From a virus: a stretch of 64,000 nucleotides of DNA. The position numbers and the translations under genes are program-made. Positions 50,998 through 60,534 of the stretch are shown here, piece after piece (the stretch's first letter is position 1; each line of letters begins with the position of its first letter). Under the pieces are notes generated by a model. That model had not been told where the DNA came from. It did not search any database and worked only from the letters and a program-made list of their open reading frames with translations. Location of the stretch: positions 3,343-67,342 of IMG/VR virus record IMGVR_UViG_3300023294_000015; one strand, 5' to 3'.

Positions 50998-51694
50998 GAT
51001 GATCTACTTCTAATTCAACATTACGAGTTTGCATCAAATCTTTTATTTCATCATACGAGTAAGGTCTAAACTCTTTATGAGTATCAAAACCTACATCCAT
51101 AGTTCTAAAGTTCTTAACATAATACTGATCTCCAATCCATTGAGGATTAGATATTTCTGGTGTCATAGCATCTAAAGTACCATGTGAATGCCCATAAAGC
51201 ATCCAAGCACCTTTATGGCTGTTGTGCCACACCCGCATTGCGTAATGAGACATTACTACCAATTGCTTAATAGGTTTAATACCACGTTCTTTAGGAGATT
51301 CTTCAGTTATATATATTTCAAGATATTCTTGTACTGAACTAAATATATCTCTTACATTACTAGCGTTCTTACGAATTTCTTGGTCATGATTACCTAGAAT
51401 CAAGTGAACATTTTTACATTTGATATTATCTCTAAACTCAAAAATCTTACTAACATGCTCACCTGTTTTATAGTTTCCAAATGACCAATCACCAAGGCAG
51501 AATAAAACATCGTCTTTAGCAACAGACTTATTAATGTTGTCTATTAATACTTTGTTGTGTTCTTCGACAGTATCAAAAGGTCTGCATTTAGAAGTGTTTT
51601 CCCAACCAGAAGTTCCTCTAACTAATCCTGCGTGATGATAATGAGGATCACTACAGAAGAATATGTTTTTATTTTTATTTATCTGTATTTTCAT
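50990..51694 (-). CDS. Calcineurin-like metallophosphoesterase
   Basis: SDPH, LGD, GNHD, SHY, GHSH and DVG motifs. Confidence 0.9.
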   Translation of the reverse strand: MKIQINKNKNIFFCSDPHYHHAGLVRGTSGWENTSKCRPFDTVEEHNKVLIDNINKSVAKDDVLFCLGDWSFGNYKTGEHVSKIFEFRDNIKCKNVHLILGNHDQEIRKNASNVRDIFSSVQEYLEIYITEESPKERGIKPIKQLVVMSHYAMRVWHNSHKGAWMLYGHSHGTLDAMTPEISNPQWIGDQYYVKNFRTMDVGFDTHKEFRPYSYDEIKDLMQTRNVELEVDHHV

Positions 51695-51711
51695 CAGTTA
51701 TTCTATATTTT

Positions 51712-52109
51712 TTAGTTTACAAATTCAACATTATCTTCTATCCAATCAGCAATTTGCTCAAAAGAATATCTCATATCATCATTTAACTGTACTAATTCGC
51801 TAACAAGAGTATTAGCAGAAGCAGAGCCTTTTAATTCTTTTGGTATTTTGCTTAATATAACTTTTGTAAAATCACGATCTTTTGTTTCTTCATTTTCAGA
51901 AGCCAAAACCATCCCATAATCGTTATGATGATTTTTAAGATAATGTAATGGGTATTCCATTTTAACACAAACACCTATACAACAATAACCATTTGTAGTT
52001 GTATCATATAAAGTTTCTGTTGTTTGTTGGTATTTTCCACTACGTAATTCAGCTACCCATTTTTCAGCAAAAACTTTTGGTAATTTATACTTTTTTTTTC
52101 TTTTTTCAT
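51712..52109 (-). CDS. Conserved phage protein whose natural ATG is out of frame across an A9 run
   Basis: The frame of the 82-aa ORF extends upstream as KYKLPKVFAEKWVAELRSGKYQQ...GYCCIGV. The only ATG (52109, overlapping the polB stop) needs one extra A to be in frame. Confidence 0.6.
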
Positions 52110-54067
52110 AATTTATTTAGTATTTTGTTAGCTTCTTGTATGTAATATTTAATATTTAAATCGTAATCATCTTCATAATATCTATTAAACATGTTAACTT
52201 TTTGACCAGCTTCAACTTGAGATACTCGTTCTTTACGTACTATTACATCTTCATCAAACATAAATAAATCTAGTTGATTAGGATATTTTTCTCTGTGTTC
52301 TGCAATACAGTCTTTAGCATTCATATTGGGTGGTAATACTTTAAGTAATTCTACACCTTGGTTAGCTACAAAGTATCTATTAGTCTTCGGCAAATCGTTT
52401 ATAACGTACTCTCCTTGAGTCCAATGTCTAGTTTTATACTTAGCATCACCTCTGGCTCTTACGGATGCACAGAAGTCATATATACCATAAGCTTTAACAT
52501 TTATATCTTCATATTCAGTTACATGCATATGATTTGTTATCGTTTCTTCTGGAGATATATCAAATAAGCATTTACGAGCAATCGCTATTGATACTATTCT
52601 ATTAGAATGATTTTTATGATACTGTTTATCAATTTCATAAAAACCTTTATACTTAGCTTTTCCATCTGTTGTAACTGCTATATAGTTATTTACATTAGAT
52701 ATAAACATAGCTTTATATTCGACTTCTTCTAATTCTAAAGATGTGAGTTCTTCCCATTTTTTCATAAGCTGTTTAACAGCATTATATTCTGTACGTGGTA
52801 CTTTGATACTAATACCGTCTGTATTAGCTTGTAATAACTCTGCTTTAGTTCCTAATAATATATTCTCAGTAAGTAATGATAATAGTAGTTGTCCATTTAC
52901 TGTAATAAACATTGTAAATTTAGGATCATATAAAAATGAATATACATCATTACTTTTTCCATAAGCAGAATTAAGAGCTATCTTCATTCCATAATTTTCA
53001 GGAGTTCCTTTAGCAAATGTTTTACGTGTTTCAAACATATCTTCATATACCTCACAAAAGTCTTTACCTAAATGTTCTGGGTATTGTTTATTACGAATTG
53101 CTATATTCGGATAATAGCTGATTACATCAATGTCTAGTATCATCCAATGGTCGTTATTCTTATAAGTACCACTATTTATACAAGCATGTAATCCTCCTGT
53201 ACCATAATCATATTTAATTCCTCTGAACACAGTAGAATGTTCTAAATCTCCTTTAGTATCTTTAACTATAGTTCTTTGAAATTTATCTAATACTTTATTA
53301 AATTCTACAGTTTTAAATTTTATATAAGGTAATATGATATTTAATATATTTATTCCTTTTCTAAAAGTTCTTAATTTATTTACTTCCCACTTAGGTTTAT
53401 TAAGTTTTTCCGATATAGCTTTTAAAATTATGTCAGAACCTATTTTCATATCAGGAGCATCATATAAGTCAAGATTGTATGTTTCAGATAATCCTTTACG
53501 TAAATCTCTTTCTCCTTGTATTTCATTATAAAAAAGTTTTGTTGCTTTTACATCATGATGACAATATGCTGTAACTTCTAAAGATTGTTCTTTATTAATG
53601 TGCATATCTGGTGAATATGGTAAGTCTTCTATATTCTCCATACGCATAGCAACTTCTACTGCCTTGAGTGAAGTTCTACGTGCTGCGTTCGTAAACCCCA
53701 TTAACTTATAAAGGTCTAATTGGGGTACTAAGATGTTTTTAGGTGGTATCCATACTTTCTCATCAGACTCAATTAATTCATTCTTAGAGTACAAGTAAAT
53801 CATTGCGCATACCTCTTCAGCATTTAATAAGGTAATTACTCTTTTATTATTTAAGATGTAATGTATGACAGGATAATCATAACCAGAGTTATTAAATCCT
53901 ATCATAGCAATACCATCTTTCATTCTGTCTATAAACTCTCTTATTGTATTCTTTGAATCTGAAGAATGTAGCGAATATTCATATTTTCCTTCTCCTTCAG
54001 CGTCATGTCCTACATATAAGAAAAAATTAGGATATACTTCTATATCCGCTACTTCTTTTTTGTACAT
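52106..54067 (-). CDS. polB: DNA polymerase family B
   Basis: Exonuclease motifs DIE, GFN...YD and YC..DV; polymerase motifs DVISYYPN, KIALNSAYG and NTDG. Confidence 0.92.
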   Translation of the reverse strand: MYKKEVADIEVYPNFFLYVGHDAEGEGKYEYSLHSSDSKNTIREFIDRMKDGIAMIGFNNSGYDYPVIHYILNNKRVITLLNAEEVCAMIYLYSKNELIESDEKVWIPPKNILVPQLDLYKLMGFTNAARRTSLKAVEVAMRMENIEDLPYSPDMHINKEQSLEVTAYCHHDVKATKLFYNEIQGERDLRKGLSETYNLDLYDAPDMKIGSDIILKAISEKLNKPKWEVNKLRTFRKGINILNIILPYIKFKTVEFNKVLDKFQRTIVKDTKGDLEHSTVFRGIKYDYGTGGLHACINSGTYKNNDHWMILDIDVISYYPNIAIRNKQYPEHLGKDFCEVYEDMFETRKTFAKGTPENYGMKIALNSAYGKSNDVYSFLYDPKFTMFITVNGQLLLSLLTENILLGTKAELLQANTDGISIKVPRTEYNAVKQLMKKWEELTSLELEEVEYKAMFISNVNNYIAVTTDGKAKYKGFYEIDKQYHKNHSNRIVSIAIARKCLFDISPEETITNHMHVTEYEDINVKAYGIYDFCASVRARGDAKYKTRHWTQGEYVINDLPKTNRYFVANQGVELLKVLPPNMNAKDCIAEHREKYPNQLDLFMFDEDVIVRKERVSQVEAGQKVNMFNRYYEDDYDLNIKYYIQEANKILNKL

Positions 54068-54462
54068 TATTTTATTAATTTAAGTGCTTCTTGTAATGCT
54101 AATTCTAAACATTCCTCGTAAGTACCGAATGTTTCATTTAGTTCAAAATAATTACTTTGTGTGTGACGATATTCATAACTTGTTATGATATATCCCCATT
54201 CATTAATACTGCCTTTTTTAATATTAGGTAATAAAACTATAATTATATTATGTTCTTCTTTCAGCCAGCGTTGTAGTAAACTTTGCGAATATACTTTAAC
54301 CTTATTTTCTATATCCCATCTTGAAATAATCATTTGAAATTTATTTCTTAGTATGACTCTTCCTGAATTATTAAAATTAGCATAAGCATTATTACTTTTT
54401 AAATTACAACCCTTCTTTTTAGCTAAAATAGCTGTTTCATACGTAATTAATTCTTCAGTCAT
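54067..54462 (-). CDS. Hypothetical protein
   Basis: LITYETA.LAK.KG, QSLLQRWL.E.H and TYEE.LE..LQEAL motifs typical of Bacteroidota phage proteins. Confidence 0.65.
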   Translation of the reverse strand: MTEELITYETAILAKKKGCNLKSNNAYANFNNSGRVILRNKFQMIISRWDIENKVKVYSQSLLQRWLKEEHNIIIVLLPNIKKGSINEWGYIITSYEYRHTQSNYFELNETFGTYEECLELALQEALKLIK

Positions 54463-54953
54463 TTTATTAATTTTTTAGTTTTAGCATTAAATTGTAAACT
54501 ATGTAAAGGACAAGTTATTACTCCATTTACAGGTTTTACTTGTGATAAATCATAACCTCTATGTGGACATTTACCTTTATGAATACATTTATGTTTTAAT
54601 TTACTTTTTTTTATAAAATTAATAGGTGTACTATATTCAAACCTTTCATCAATAACAGGTAATACAAAATATTCAATTTTACCATGTACTTTTTCATTAG
54701 GTCTTCCTATATTTAAAAACCTATATCTAGTACTTCTATCAGCATCTTTAGAAATAACTCCTCCTTGTTTTACAAACCTAGTATCTATATGATAATGATA
54801 TTCTTTTTGTCCATTTTCAAAATCATTATGTTTTAAATATAATACAGGTGTTATATTAGGTATTAAATCTTCATCTATAGTTGTGATGCAAGGTACTAAA
54901 AAATACTCATCAATTTCTATAGGTCTTTTAACATCTTTAATGTTTTGAATCAT
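54459..54953 (-). CDS. Protein with C-terminal Rieske [2Fe-2S] motif
   Basis: CPHRG...ITCPLH.LQF; N-terminal H.D...HYHID.RF. Confidence 0.75.
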   Translation of the reverse strand: MIQNIKDVKRPIEIDEYFLVPCITTIDEDLIPNITPVLYLKHNDFENGQKEYHYHIDTRFVKQGGVISKDADRSTRYRFLNIGRPNEKVHGKIEYFVLPVIDERFEYSTPINFIKKSKLKHKCIHKGKCPHRGYDLSQVKPVNGVITCPLHSLQFNAKTKKLIK

Positions 54954-54976
54954 ATTTTATTAATTTTAATTTGTTG

Positions 54977-55091
54977 TGGGAGCAGTAGGAATCGAACCTA
55001 CATATATCCTTATAATGGTTTTAGCTAACTCTTGTCTACCATGTGATACTACCCCTATGTGGGGCTGTGTATGCCATTCCACCATACTCCC
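54977..55091 (-). ncRNA. tRNA-like RNA B (Leu-type D arm, 5-nt anticodon loop, ~50-nt variable region)
   Basis: Acceptor GGGAGTA/TGCTCCC-A; D arm GTG-GAATGGCATA-CAC; GCCCC-ACATA-GGGGT; T arm GTAGG-TTCGATT-CCTAC. Confidence 0.7.
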
Positions 55092-55219
55092 GTGTACAGT
55101 CCATTTTTGTTATTCTAATTAAGAGGGCTGTGTCCCTATAACTCAAATCTTCAGGTCGCTATCCTGCTTCTTCTTAAATATCACAGTAGTTTTAAATTAC
55201 CCCTAGACTACCAACTATG

Positions 55220-55666
55220 CTAATAATTTATATATGCTAATTCTGCGTCTTTAATTGTATCAAATGTACCAATGTATTTAGTTTTTCCATTAATAAATTT
55301 TGAAGCAATATATTTATTTAATTTTCTATGTTTATGTACTCCTTTTACTAAAATTTTACCAGAAGCTCTTTTGTTTAATTGATTCGCACTTCTAGTTACA
55401 AATTTACAATTTTCAGGATAATAACCTAACTCATTATTTTGTCTATCTATTTGTAAACCTTCTTTATAATTAGAATTAATAATCCAACTATAAAAATTAT
55501 CATAATTCAACCATTCTTGACAAATAGTAATGCCTCTACCCCCATAATTCTTATAATCTAAATTTTTAAGGTTTAAACATCTATTTTTAATAGATTTCCA
55601 TACTAAATATAATTTAGTATTTTTACCATGTCCATTAGTAGTAGGACTTTTCCATTTTCTATTCAT
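55220..55666 (-). CDS. HNH-type endonuclease with AP2 DNA-binding domain
   Basis: LY.VW..I..RC, YGGRGI.IC.EW, IDR.NN..GY.PENC, then GV....Y.A...NGK.KYIGTF.T...A..AY. Confidence 0.85.
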   Translation of the reverse strand: MNRKWKSPTTNGHGKNTKLYLVWKSIKNRCLNLKNLDYKNYGGRGITICQEWLNYDNFYSWIINSNYKEGLQIDRQNNELGYYPENCKFVTRSANQLNKRASGKILVKGVHKHRKLNKYIASKFINGKTKYIGTFDTIKDAELAYINY

Positions 55667-55730
55667 ATCTTTAAAAAACTAGTTTCTATTTAAGATTACC
55701 CCATTTGGAAACTAGCAAAGCAAATTGCTA

Positions 55731-55880
55731 ACATACGATTTAGAGGTTTAGTGGTTGATAGTTATTACTCATAACCTTAATCAAACTTACCTGTCTTCGA
55801 TCCTTTACGCTTCAGGCTATTATCATTATATTCAACTTACTACATTTTAATCTCTCCTTACGGCATGAGCTACGTATGTC
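55731..55880 (-). ncRNA. Putative structured RNA
   Basis: Closed by GACATACG/CGTATGTT; contains CC-GTAA-GG and TTGAT..GTTAT-GAGTA-ATAAC.ATCAA hairpins; no ORF. Confidence 0.4.
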
Positions 55881-55987
55881 CTTCTTCCTTGATACTGATA
55901 AATCAGCAATAAACGGTGTTTCCAGATTATACTTGAGCAAGTTCCTTTATTGTTTACAAAAGGTTTATTAGTTGAATTTATAAATTA

Positions 55988-56332
55988 TTATGCACTCAAA
56001 CTAGCTAGAGTTTCCTCTAGGAAAGTAAGTTTATTGTTATGGTCTTTCAAAGCTTTTTCAGCTAGAAGTACACGATTCTTAGCAGCAACCAATTGTTCTA
56101 CATAATAATCTCTATCAGCAATTTGATTACCACCATTAACTTTAGCTTTATCAAGCACTTCAATTGCGTTTTCTACATCATCTTCTAGTTTAATGACATC
56201 CCCTTTTTGAGAAGCAATTTGTACTTTCAATGCTGAATCAGCACTACGAAATGCTTTTTGAGCTTTTACTCCTGAATCGTCACCTTCTACTAATGCTACG
56301 AATTGTTTTACGAATGAATTTAATTTTGACAT
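55988..56332 (-). CDS. Coiled-coil hypothetical protein
   Basis: 114 aa, Ala/Lys/Glu-rich helical sequence. Confidence 0.7.
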   Translation of the reverse strand: MSKLNSFVKQFVALVEGDDSGVKAQKAFRSADSALKVQIASQKGDVIKLEDDVENAIEVLDKAKVNGGNQIADRDYYVEQLVAAKNRVLLAEKALKDHNNKLTFLEETLASLSA

Positions 56333-56367
56333 TTTGTTTTTTGTTTTTAATTGTTATTATTTATTGT

Positions 56368-58740
56368 TTACTCTTCTAATACTAATAATTGTGTTTTTAT
56401 TGATGTTACTTTCTTAGGTTTATCAATAAAAATTAATTCATCATCAAATGATAATAAATTATTTTCTTTTTCAACCCATGTAGTTTTTGGATTATAAAAA
56501 GGACTACAACCTATTCCGTAATTTATTACTAATGGTTTTTCTTGATTATAACTACCATTTGCAATATCATACCAATAATTATGACCTTTTAAAGAATCTG
56601 TCCAAAAGAAAGCACGATGTAATGCAGAATGTATACCATCAGCTCTTGCATTTAAATTATACTTACCTATAGGATGTTTAAAATGATTTGTAAAAGCTGA
56701 CATACGAATAGGGTCTGGTAACTGTTGTAACCAATAACCTATTGTATTTGTATTAAATGAACGACTATAAGCTTCTTTAGCTAATAAAAGTAAACATGAA
56801 TCTACACCCATTACGTAATCACTTTCTGGAGCACATACAATACCATCTGAAGTTAATTTGTAATCATCTTTAACCTCTGGCATACTAATTATCTCAGCCC
56901 ATTTACCATTACTATATACATTAGATACCCAACCATATTCACCTTTTTTAGATTTAAAAGATAAGTGTTTGGGAAACTCGCTAGGATTTTCTAAATCATG
57001 TGACAATACAGTATGTATATCTTCATTGTTTACATGTGCAGGTCTAAATTCACACCCAACAGGATAACGTCTTTTAGCTTCAGCTAATAACTTTTCTTTA
57101 TTCATTGTTTTAGAAGTATTAGGTGAAAAACCAACAGGCATAAGTTCCCATAATGTACCTATATCAGAATTTCTGTAAACCCAAGCTCCATAAATATCTT
57201 GAATTTTATTATTGTTCTCAGTAATTAATACATATCTCCCTATATCAACCTTTGCACGGTTAGGTTTATTTACAAGTGCTTTTAAATACCTACCAGTTAA
57301 ATCTTCTTCATTTGTTTTAATTTTAATTTGATTAATATTAGTTATACCATTTTTATACGCTTCTATTTCATCTGTTGTAGCTGCTCTCCATTGAGAAGGT
57401 TTACTATAACTAGTGTATCCTTTTTCAGTATATACAAGATTATTGCTGCTAGATTTTAAAAACACTTTATAGATATCACCATTTTTTCTACAATTAATAA
57501 CATCTTCAAGGCTAACCACAATAGTACCTATTTCATATTTACCAAATACTAACATCTTTTCTTCTTTAGGTTTAATTCCTGTAATTGTTTTAGCAAACTC
57601 TTCAGCTTCAACTTTAGTAGCAAACCATTTAAGACTATCTCTATATTGATTACAAGGAATAGTACCACCTTCAAATCTTAATGAACATGAAATAATATCA
57701 GTACCTTTATTTTCAATAGTATCAACAGTTCCTTTAGGATGCCCACCATAATCTTTAAGAAATACTACATAAGTACCAACAGACCATTCTTCAACAACAG
57801 GTGCTGCAATAAAACGTTTTAACTGTTCGTCATATGCGTAATATGCGTCATATGCTGCTTTTGTAGAAATTTTATAATCTGTAGTATTACCGCTAATAGG
57901 GTTTTCAAAATTAATAGATGCAATAATTTTCCCATTTATTACTATACATTGTGTAGCTTTATCATAACTATCTACTTTATACACAGTACCTACAGTATTA
58001 TAAGATTTTCCTCCATTACCTTTAATACACTCAACATACTCAGGAATAACATTAACAGGTTTAGCTTGAGCTTCAAATGCTTCTTGCGTAGATACCTTGT
58101 AATAATTTTTCCAATCGCCATGAGAACAACAATGATTATTTCCACCATGAATATCTTCAAACGTACTCATGATATATTGAACTTTGTAGATAACGCCTAG
58201 TTCACAATTACCTGATGTATAATCAACTATAAACTCAATATAACTACCTTTTTGAGGAATTGTGTCTTCAATTACAGGTTTAACTATCAAATCTACATGC
58301 CCTTCTGGTAAATACTGTTGAATTTCTTCTAAAGATATTTCAGATACTAATTTAACATTATTAAATCCTCCTAAACCTCTATGTACACCAATAGATATAT
58401 ACTCAATATTATCAAAGTTATTACTGTTATATTTTATAATGTAAGGAACTCCTGGGTGATATGCAAATACATTATACCATTTACCATCTACAAAATCATT
58501 ATTTTTAGTAGCTTCTACACTAATACGATTCTTTAACTTATACTCAGCTATTTCAGTTGGCGTTGCAAGTCTGCAATTTTCATGGTGTACACCACAACCA
58601 TCTTTTATTTCAGCTCTTAAATACCTATGACCTACTTCTTTTACTTGAAATATAGGTCTATCTTTAGATTTACGATGGTCATTATATTCTTTAGTATCAC
58701 ACCATACCCACTCATCTACTTTAAATTCATTATCTTTCAT
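56368..58740 (-). CDS. Mosaic multi-module hypothetical protein
   Basis: 790 aa built from about 60-80-aa beta-rich modules ending in RLATPTEI, VSTQEAF, ISTKAAY, FATKVEA and RAATTDEI. Confidence 0.7.
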   Translation of the reverse strand: MKDNEFKVDEWVWCDTKEYNDHRKSKDRPIFQVKEVGHRYLRAEIKDGCGVHHENCRLATPTEIAEYKLKNRISVEATKNNDFVDGKWYNVFAYHPGVPYIIKYNSNNFDNIEYISIGVHRGLGGFNNVKLVSEISLEEIQQYLPEGHVDLIVKPVIEDTIPQKGSYIEFIVDYTSGNCELGVIYKVQYIMSTFEDIHGGNNHCCSHGDWKNYYKVSTQEAFEAQAKPVNVIPEYVECIKGNGGKSYNTVGTVYKVDSYDKATQCIVINGKIIASINFENPISGNTTDYKISTKAAYDAYYAYDEQLKRFIAAPVVEEWSVGTYVVFLKDYGGHPKGTVDTIENKGTDIISCSLRFEGGTIPCNQYRDSLKWFATKVEAEEFAKTITGIKPKEEKMLVFGKYEIGTIVVSLEDVINCRKNGDIYKVFLKSSSNNLVYTEKGYTSYSKPSQWRAATTDEIEAYKNGITNINQIKIKTNEEDLTGRYLKALVNKPNRAKVDIGRYVLITENNNKIQDIYGAWVYRNSDIGTLWELMPVGFSPNTSKTMNKEKLLAEAKRRYPVGCEFRPAHVNNEDIHTVLSHDLENPSEFPKHLSFKSKKGEYGWVSNVYSNGKWAEIISMPEVKDDYKLTSDGIVCAPESDYVMGVDSCLLLLAKEAYSRSFNTNTIGYWLQQLPDPIRMSAFTNHFKHPIGKYNLNARADGIHSALHRAFFWTDSLKGHNYWYDIANGSYNQEKPLVINYGIGCSPFYNPKTTWVEKENNLLSFDDELIFIDKPKKVTSIKTQLLVLEE

Positions 58741-58755
58741 AATTAAATAGTTTAT

Positions 58756-58790
58756 AAAAGAAGAGTAGTATATTTCAACTACCCTTCTTT
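58756..58790 (-). terminator. Intrinsic terminator-like hairpin
   Basis: Minus strand AAAGAAGGGTAGT-TGAAATAT-ACTACTCTTCTTTT. Confidence 0.6.
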
Positions 58791-58803
58791 AATTAATAAC
58801 TTA

Positions 58804-59040
58804 CTAAGATATTTTAACTATATCTCTTTTACCATAATTCTCTCTGGTAATGTAATTAAATACATCACCAATTTTACCATTTAATGTCAACTTACGTAAA
58901 GTAGGTTGGTTAGCAATTCTAGGTTTACCAAGTGGTTGACCTCTATCAATAAACTCTTTACCATGATTAGTAGTTTGTACTATTACTAGTACTGGTTGTC
59001 CATTGTAAGGACTTGTAATCATTCCTATTAATTGACTCAT
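58804..59040 (-). CDS. Hypothetical protein
   Basis: 78-aa ORF with ATGA coupling. Confidence 0.6.
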   Translation of the reverse strand: MSQLIGMITSPYNGQPVLVIVQTTNHGKEFIDRGQPLGKPRIANQPTLRKLTLNGKIGDVFNYITRENYGKRDIVKIS

Positions 59041-59300
59041 ACTGTTATGTCTTTTTTAGATTTAACTTCGTTTGTCTTGTTTTTAATAACTGTTAATAGT
59101 GCATCTTTATAGATACCACCTAAACAACCTTCAGTATACATTTCCTTACAATCATCTAATGATAGTTTAGAATATGTTTCTACTTTTTCATTGTAAGCAG
59201 CTTCTTTGATTTTTACATCACCTCTAGTCAACCTACGTTGTCCTAGATTACTACCCATTGCAACTACTTGTCTGTTTGTTCTCAATTTACTTTTAGGCAT
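59037..59300 (-). CDS. Hypothetical protein
   Basis: 87-aa ORF with A-rich leader. Confidence 0.6.
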   Translation of the reverse strand: MPKSKLRTNRQVVAMGSNLGQRRLTRGDVKIKEAAYNEKVETYSKLSLDDCKEMYTEGCLGGIYKDALLTVIKNKTNEVKSKKDITV

Positions 59301-59339
59301 TTGTTAATTGTTTTTAACGGTTTATATTAATTTTAATTG

Positions 59340-59405
59340 TGCATCTCAGATGGACTCGAACCATCGTTACATATCCCTATGTCTGTTCCTATTAATTATG
59401 AGTGC
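59340..59405 (-). ncRNA. Minimal tRNA-like RNA C
   Basis: GCACTCA/TGAGATGC-A (one bulge); ACATA-GGGA-TATGT; T arm GATGG-TTCGAGT-CCATC; no D stem. Confidence 0.5.
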
Positions 59406-59503
59406 TTATTTTTTTAGTCATTTTAAAAGTTTTTAAAGATTAGAGTATATGACAAGCGGTTATTACTGGATATGTAATAACTTTATTCTAGTGACTCTAA
59501 TCT

Positions 59504-59710
59504 TTAGTTCATTTGTACTAAAGCTAATAATACATCATCATGTTCTTGTACAAACAGTTCAGATTCATTAGTATCATTACAGTTAGCTATTGTTTGTATT
59601 AAGCTGTCTCTACGATTGATTAACATATCTCTATCGTAATTACTTATAAGCTGTATTAAAGCGTTATCCTTGGGAGTCAAGCCGACTTGGTAATTCTTTT
59701 TCGTTATCAT
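59504..59710 (-). CDS. Hypothetical protein
   Basis: 68-aa ORF. Confidence 0.5.
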   Translation of the reverse strand: MITKKNYQVGLTPKDNALIQLISNYDRDMLINRRDSLIQTIANCNDTNESELFVQEHDDVLLALVQMN

Positions 59711-59827
59711 CTATTGGGTCTTTAAGTGAATGTATATCTTTATTGTATTTAACATCGCATTCAACACATTCGTATCTAAAATTCTTTCTGTTGTATTGAA
59801 AATCATGTTGTTTGTTGTTTTTACATT

Positions 59828-60046
59828 TCATATTATTTCGTTTTCATTAATAAATTTATTAAGATAACCTTCTTGAAAATGATAACCAGGTATATGTAAC
59901 ATGTCTTTATCATCTTTTTGAACTTGTTCAATATGCTTTTGTTTAGGTTCTTTTGATAACCTGTAAGTTAATAATTGTGTTTCAGCATCAAATCCTGTAA
60001 TAAATATAGAATTTTCTGCTGAAGTAGGTATCATTTGTATAATCAT
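59828..60046 (-). CDS. Hypothetical protein
   Basis: 72-aa ORF. Confidence 0.5.
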   Translation of the reverse strand: MIIQMIPTSAENSIFITGFDAETQLLTYRLSKEPKQKHIEQVQKDDKDMLHIPGYHFQEGYLNKFINENEII

Positions 60047-60342
60047 GGTAATTTGTTTTTATCAGTAGTAAAATAAAATCCTAATATCCAAAATCTCCAG
60101 AAATATACTTGATTAAATATATCCCAATACTTTTGAACATAAAATATTCTATTAAAGAATATATTGCTTTCATTCATAATAATTTGTTTTAAATAAATAA
60201 AAATATATATGGCTGCTGCATAAGTTGACCATTAAAGATACGATTACAATCTTCACCATATATATACCTACTAACCAATCTTCATTGTTTTACTTCATAA
60301 CAGCTTTTTGCGGCTATTATAAGAGTGTTAGTAGGATTAGTA

Positions 60343-60534
60343 TCATATTATTTCAAATGAATGATAGCCTGTATTACCAGCAATTTGTTGTGCTAATGCA
60401 GCCCAATTACCATCAAATCTTTCTTTATCATTACCTTCCATCTTAGGCTTACATACTTGTGATGATGTTTTTTCAGCATTAAAGTATACAATAATACCTG
60501 AAGCTGATGGTTTACTTTTCTTGTTATTTAACAT
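60343..60534 (-). CDS. Hypothetical protein
   Basis: 63-aa ORF with A-rich leader. Confidence 0.55.
   Translation of the reverse strand: MLNNKKSKPSASGIIVYFNAEKTSSQVCKPKMEGNDKERFDGNWAALAQQIAGNTGYHSFEII

Noticed and set aside
54977-55091. Calling this a functional tRNA-Met/Ile(CAT) or an intron-containing tRNA-Leu
   Set aside because: A 7-nt CACATAG loop needs a 4-bp stem and lacks U33. The extra ~50 nt lie in the variable region and show no self-splicing intron features.
55095-55960. Group I/II intron around the HNH gene
   Set aside because: No interrupted host gene and no recognisable catalytic core motifs were found by eye.
29750-60446. Plus-strand ORFs within the minus-strand block (e.g. 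29750, 45298, 47793, 52358)
   Set aside because: They lie antisense to well-supported genes or structured elements and have atypical composition.
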